Source: Candidatus Latescibacterota bacterium
GTDB lineage: Bacteria > Latescibacterota > UBA2968 > UBA8231
NCBI GenBank assembly: GCA_965217585.1
Contig: OZ244561.1
Location: forward strand, 448,001-512,000
Length of the DNA: 64,000 bases
Direction: 5' to 3'
The notes beneath the pieces were generated by a model. The model saw nothing but the letters and a program-made list of their open reading frames with translations. It had not been told where the DNA came from and ran no database searches. Shown here piece by piece: positions 60,501 through 64,000 of the stretch; the stretch's first letter is position 1, and every line of letters starts with the position of its first letter. The position numbers and the translations under genes were made by a program.

Positions 60501-60853
60501 TTGGCCAAGGCATCATTGGATTTGGCCGTCGCGCCCCCGGAGACTGGACCACCGCCAGCGCGGATCAAATCAGAATAGGTAAAATCGACAGCCGTCGGGG
60601 CTACGTTGATATTGCGGCGAAAAAACGCCGGCCGTAGACTACCGGCCTCTACTTGAAAAATGTCCGCATCGCGGATTGGCACGTTCAACTGAGAGACCAA
60701 GTCGTTCTGATAGATCCAGTTTTCCCAGTGCGAAGCCCGATCCACGCGGATCGAATTGCCGAAAAGCCTATAGGCATCCGTTTGGCTCAGACAGAACCCA
60801 GGCATAAATAGTACGGCTAAGAGAGCCACCTTCCACTTTAGCAACCGTTTCAT
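57590..60853 (-). CDS. Secreted double-discoidin-like/FlgD-Ig protein (array 3, upstream copy)
   Basis: 1087 aa, close paralogue of 54185..57475; terminal VAY. Confidence 0.9.
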   Translation of the reverse strand: MKRLLKWKVALLAVLFMPGFCLSQTDAYRLFGNSIRVDRASHWENWIYQNDLVSQLNVPIRDADIFQVEAGSLRPAFFRRNINVAPTAVDFTYSDLIRAGGGPVSGGATAKSNDALANNVIDGDLSTFWEPDTPADFASRLTRPGDFHLDGLRNWEIEIDLGRLVFADSLTIIFPAGQFEDEFLGEPVKSFALFASMGERFPFPLGNKLQFSLIEEVSTSGGVGGESGAVTLVSVPGTGGRYVQMTFPLWPLDRADWDLDGRPDISGAFIHYVRIKITDSDLWRDSFLGAGEEARLAYEALPEEQRGALVYQRQAAGGLLVELQDDTNQTADEKYQTLPEGKRGPLLYYSKEVPRIAEVQVWAKGDNYALQPEGRGGASFENGGLGAPNLATDGLYDSEWVANTWSPVYPKGTAWYDLGAVFWVDNVSVVNKRINQSHYGAFLGPDILVSDGTLLKPVSMNDREDFPRLEEALKWDNIISEEHVDNHTPVVRIFQENFPYRKIRFLQIRDIDVTGEVSGQYGHLATLGEVQLYGEGYPVSVWAYSPPITLTDSRGNFIRKTLPRIAWEGDVIVRETDPLTGQTSERIEPLDIHPDVRLQIQTRTSDQTDTNFTYYQGVTIVGNEEREEVPKEVYDEIALEWTAWEIWQTLPASQQHASRTDDDGDGVTDEDRIDLIDNDGDGLVDEDGRKLRRAPRSSFAKDGELAFVGWSEWSESYLPTNGVNVATITSPNPRKFVQVRVNISSEDPFKTARIRELRIELAPPLSLELAGELALLSDEGAARVPTDLGVQTSDYAPPRNIDPLASQQFAYFIRSAAPDPTDARVRDGFNEVLVVAPRTARLTGVRLGKVAIARTPSLLNPEDVSTSATTTQFDRSFAPGDDGVFRDADGAVLERMATGADSIWVRFPFSLNADLPAGQHALIEVQFESQSFREGIEFASFVRSSDSDEGVFQRVDIADKDATELVDSSTAQVSLKDLRGSLIQDVVLAPVFTPNGDGINDELLVHFVLLKVQEERPLEVSLYDLGGRLVGQGQSSAVGGKVGTQSFVWDGRDMGGQVVPPGIYLCQIKVETDNRDSELTRLVHVAY

Positions 60854-60881
60854 AGCAGTTTTTTGCGCTTTTCAGCTAAGG

Positions 60882-63365
60882 CTAATACGCTACGGAAACG
60901 ATGCGCGTCTGGGGCTCGCCCGCACGATCGGCTTCGGTCGAAATGCGCAACAGGTATAGACCCGGAGGAACTACCTGTCCAGCATCGTCGCGACCATCCC
61001 ACTGTTGCGAATACCCTCCCGACGACAGATGGCGCTCAATGAAGCGCAGGCAGCGACCGTTCAAATCGAATATCTCCAGATGCACCGGCCTCGGCGTTAG
61101 CAACCGCTGTAGGTCAAAAGCCACGACTATTTCGTCGTTGATGCCATCGCCATTGGGCGTAAACGGGTTGGGCGCGACCTTGAAATTGGTCACGAGATTC
61201 TCGCTCTGCGCTGAAATATCGGCGATCACTGCTAGAGAATTGCGGTCTGAGAGCTGGTCCGTCGCGGCAAAATCCACCACGTTATTGTCCTGCACCCGCT
61301 GTGGCAGGAAGAGGGCCAGCGTATCGAGCGCGCTCTCGCTACTCCCGAGCGCCAAAATTCCGCTTTTGGTAAAGCGCCGCGCCACTTCTGCGCCCAAGGT
61401 GTCTAAGAAGACATTGGCTGAGAAGTTGGTGCGGAAGTCGATGACCCTGCCCCGAAAGCGGACCTTTACCAATGCGTTGCGAACTTGGCCATCCTCGGCT
61501 GGGCCGATGGTTGGAAAACCAACGACGAACTGATCGTCGGAGACGTACAATTCTCGAAACTGACCGTCGCCGATCTCGCCTTCGCGGCCCACTCGTTCCA
61601 AGTCCAGGAACTCCCCTTCGCCTAGATCCACTTCCACCCCCTCAATGGCCTCCGTGCGCGCCGGAGTAAAAACCTGCAAGCGGTTGAAGCCGTTGTTTTC
61701 GGCCCCTAGCCCAGCGTTGAGAACCAGCACAAAGGAGGTGTCGCGGCCAGCGATCACATCCACGGCCGGAGCGATCTCGCCGACGACCTGATCCGTGATC
61801 TGCGGGGTGGAATATTCAAAGCGCAAGTTGCTAATGATTGTGGCCGCCTCGGGCTCCTTGCTCAAAAACTCAACCTCTATCTGAATGAAGGGCCGACCAC
61901 TCGGCGCGTTGATCAACTCGCCATTGTTGGCCAACTGGACGCCGCTCCAAAGCTCGAGATCGGGCTCGACGTGGCGCCGCACATTGCCCGGCAGGGCCTT
62001 GTACTCCTCACGAGTCAGGCGGACTCGCGCTCGATCCTCGGGCAAGGCAGCACTGAAGATCTCACGGGCCTCCAAATTGAGATCCTCATCGTTCAGGTCC
62101 ACTTCCTGGCCTTGGGTCGAGGAACCGAGCCGCCGGTCGACGATGATTGCCCCCTCTGCACGCCACTCCACTTCGCGCTCGAATGTGTTGACGCGAAAAA
62201 GCACATCCGGCTCGGGATTGACGCCTGTCTGCACGCGCACAATAGCGCTCGACTTGTTGGGATCACCAATTTTTCTCTCGTCCCAGAAGATCCGCCCCAA
62301 GGTCGCCGGGGGCAGCGGCAGTGCATTGGAAGTGTAAACCGCTTCAGGTAAAAAACCGTCGGCAAAAAACTCCATTTCGCTCAAGTCGTAATCGAGTTCG
62401 GTCTGAAAAACAAAGCGCGCATAACGCATGTAAGCCTGTGGATCAAAGACTACAGCAATGGTATCTTCCACATTGACCGGTACGCTCGCCTCGGGAACGA
62501 AGGTCGGAAAAGTCGGGGCTATGCTAGCGAACGTAGGGAACGCCAACTGCCCAATTTTTGGATCGTCGAGACTAAGACCGGCGATTACCTTCTCAGTCCT
62601 AGGCAGCCCCCTATAGAAGGTATAAGCGGAAACACGCGAGGGCTCTTCAAGACTGGGATAGAGGCGGAACAAGCGAATTGGAAAGTAGCGTCCCAAGTCG
62701 ATATAGAGGGACCATATCTGCTTGACGTCCTGCCCGACTCGGTCGATGCGCTCGAAATGGGTCAGTGGATCGCCATCGAAAACGCGCCCTAGCCCCTCCT
62801 GGAGTCGCTGGCCGGTCAAAGCCCTTTCAAAAATGCCGAGCGTCGTGAGGTTGAGACCCTTGTTGTACTTGTCGCCGCCGGGAGGGCGGGGAAAGGATTC
62901 GGCCACGTTGATCATGGCCTCAATCTCGGTAATGCCAGCCTGGCGCAATAGCTGGACGGCCTCTAGGCTACGCGGAAAGGGGCTCCAGCGGCGAACCAAG
63001 ACCGTGCCCGCCTCTACGATCGCACCATCTTCGAGTTCGATATCCGTCGGTGCTACTACATCGGCTCTGGTTACATTAAGCGAGAAGGCAAAGAGGCTGG
63101 CATCGGTCGCCGCATCCACTTCGGCGGCGGTTAATGCGAGAGGAATTTCGGGAACGGGCACTACACGCGCTGGCAAGATGGGCCCAATGCCATTCTCATA
63201 GCTTTCAAAGTCTATTACTTCAATGAAGCGATTCTCTGAAAGCGGCCCCTGCTTGGCGTCGGCCCAAATTGTGTTACCCGGAATGGCGAACAGCCGCAAC
63301 TCCGCAGCAGCATGTACTACCCAACCTGCCAAAACCAGCGTGGCGACACAAATCCCGATTCTCAT
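60882..63365 (-). CDS. Secreted discoidin-like/FlgD-Ig protein
   Basis: 827 aa with signal peptide, VFDGDPLT, IDLGRYFPI, LGRIFW, PNPFTPNGDGIND, WDGRD and terminal VAY. Confidence 0.88.
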   Translation of the reverse strand: MRIGICVATLVLAGWVVHAAAELRLFAIPGNTIWADAKQGPLSENRFIEVIDFESYENGIGPILPARVVPVPEIPLALTAAEVDAATDASLFAFSLNVTRADVVAPTDIELEDGAIVEAGTVLVRRWSPFPRSLEAVQLLRQAGITEIEAMINVAESFPRPPGGDKYNKGLNLTTLGIFERALTGQRLQEGLGRVFDGDPLTHFERIDRVGQDVKQIWSLYIDLGRYFPIRLFRLYPSLEEPSRVSAYTFYRGLPRTEKVIAGLSLDDPKIGQLAFPTFASIAPTFPTFVPEASVPVNVEDTIAVVFDPQAYMRYARFVFQTELDYDLSEMEFFADGFLPEAVYTSNALPLPPATLGRIFWDERKIGDPNKSSAIVRVQTGVNPEPDVLFRVNTFEREVEWRAEGAIIVDRRLGSSTQGQEVDLNDEDLNLEAREIFSAALPEDRARVRLTREEYKALPGNVRRHVEPDLELWSGVQLANNGELINAPSGRPFIQIEVEFLSKEPEAATIISNLRFEYSTPQITDQVVGEIAPAVDVIAGRDTSFVLVLNAGLGAENNGFNRLQVFTPARTEAIEGVEVDLGEGEFLDLERVGREGEIGDGQFRELYVSDDQFVVGFPTIGPAEDGQVRNALVKVRFRGRVIDFRTNFSANVFLDTLGAEVARRFTKSGILALGSSESALDTLALFLPQRVQDNNVVDFAATDQLSDRNSLAVIADISAQSENLVTNFKVAPNPFTPNGDGINDEIVVAFDLQRLLTPRPVHLEIFDLNGRCLRFIERHLSSGGYSQQWDGRDDAGQVVPPGLYLLRISTEADRAGEPQTRIVSVAY

Positions 63366-63481
63366 TCCGTAACTCCCCGGTAGAATTTGCGCTGCCCGGA
63401 TCTCAGCATGGGCAAATTAGGAGCGAGGTATTATGACGCGAGGAAGGTAGCTACCTACACTATGCGATAGCCACAAGATAA

Positions 63482-63520
63482 TTTTAAGGAGAGGAGGAAG
63501 CATTCCCCCTCTCCTTAAAA
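63482..63520 (-). terminator. Intrinsic terminator-like hairpin
   Basis: ttttaaggagaggaggaa-gca-ttccccctctccttaaaa, downstream of the 63547 stop codon. Confidence 0.75.
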
Positions 63521-63546
63521 ATTAAGAAAACAGCAGGATGCTACTG

Positions 63547-64000
63547 TTACTCAAACGCGGCCTTGATGCGGCCCCAAGAGTCTTCTTCGACCGCCGTTTC
63601 TTCACCAGTTTCACCAGTTCCGACCAAACGACCATCGGCGAAACGCTCGGCATAGCGCCAAGTCGCGGCCTGACCAGTCAAGGTGTGAAAAGCGCGGTAG
63701 TTGCTCGGCTCGATATCCATGTCCGGAATCGAAATTTGGAAGCCAATGATCTTGCCGTCGAAGAGAGACGACGGGACGCTGTCGTCCGGGCTGTTCCAGA
63801 TCAGATCGTCGAAAGGCGTGACGAAGAATTCAAGGGCTGTAACCGTCGGGCCGTCGCCGACCGAACCCCCACCGCCATCGGCGTAGGGCAACGAGTTGAC
63901 CCACTCGGTACCTTTGCCCAGATAGCCAACATGACGGCCGTCAGGAGTATCGCCGATAGCCACGTACTGTTGAGCCGTGCGGTTGTTGTTCAGGTCCTTC
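63547..64000 (-). CDS. C-terminal part of a CBM9-like secreted protein with SWGRIKA motif (5' outside window)
   Basis: EFFVTPFDDL, GKIIGFQI...D and ERFAD resemble 31531..32514; ends TAVEEDSWGRIKAAFE. Confidence 0.75.
   Translation of the reverse strand, partial: KDLNNNRTAQQYVAIGDTPDGRHVGYLGKGTEWVNSLPYADGGGGSVGDGPTVTALEFFVTPFDDLIWNSPDDSVPSSLFDGKIIGFQISIPDMDIEPSNYRAFHTLTGQAATWRYAERFADGRLVGTGETGEETAVEEDSWGRIKAAFE

Noticed and set aside
607-60853. Diversity-generating retroelement as the source of paralogue variation
   Set aside because: No reverse transcriptase or TR/VR pair is seen. Differences include indels and all base types rather than being adenine-specific.

Overview
GC-rich bacterial chromosomal window. 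The gene content suggests an FCB-group candidate phylum such as Latescibacterota (inference). No rRNA, tRNA or CRISPR array was seen. About 45 kb encodes a cell-envelope system. Eight large proteins (one truncated by the window edge) in three tandem arrays end in an FTPNGD/FlgD-Ig-like domain and terminal [VL]AY; the seven complete ones also carry a signal peptide and a discoidin-like domain. Four smaller proteins end in a second motif, TAVxxxSWGx[LI]KA. Clustered with them are a PorV/FadL-like barrel, ExbB/ExbD, a DUF4159 protein with a TonB-like SxxxH anchor, a 1084-aa TPR protein, two paralogous lipoproteins, an unassigned ~916-aa outer-membrane protein, a PpiC foldase, GT-C/TPR glycosyltransferase-like proteins and CRTAC1/TPR genes. 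I propose this as a candidate T9SS-related export or surface-display system driven by an ExbBD-type motor; this is a hypothesis. The 5-24 kb region holds catabolic genes (sialidase-like, GH42-like, aldolases, PhyH), aroA, a DUF433/DUF5615 toxin-antitoxin pair inserted with a duplicated gene end, and a decayed IS4-like element. An 83-bp MITE sits in the first array. Family names come from recognised motifs, not database searches.
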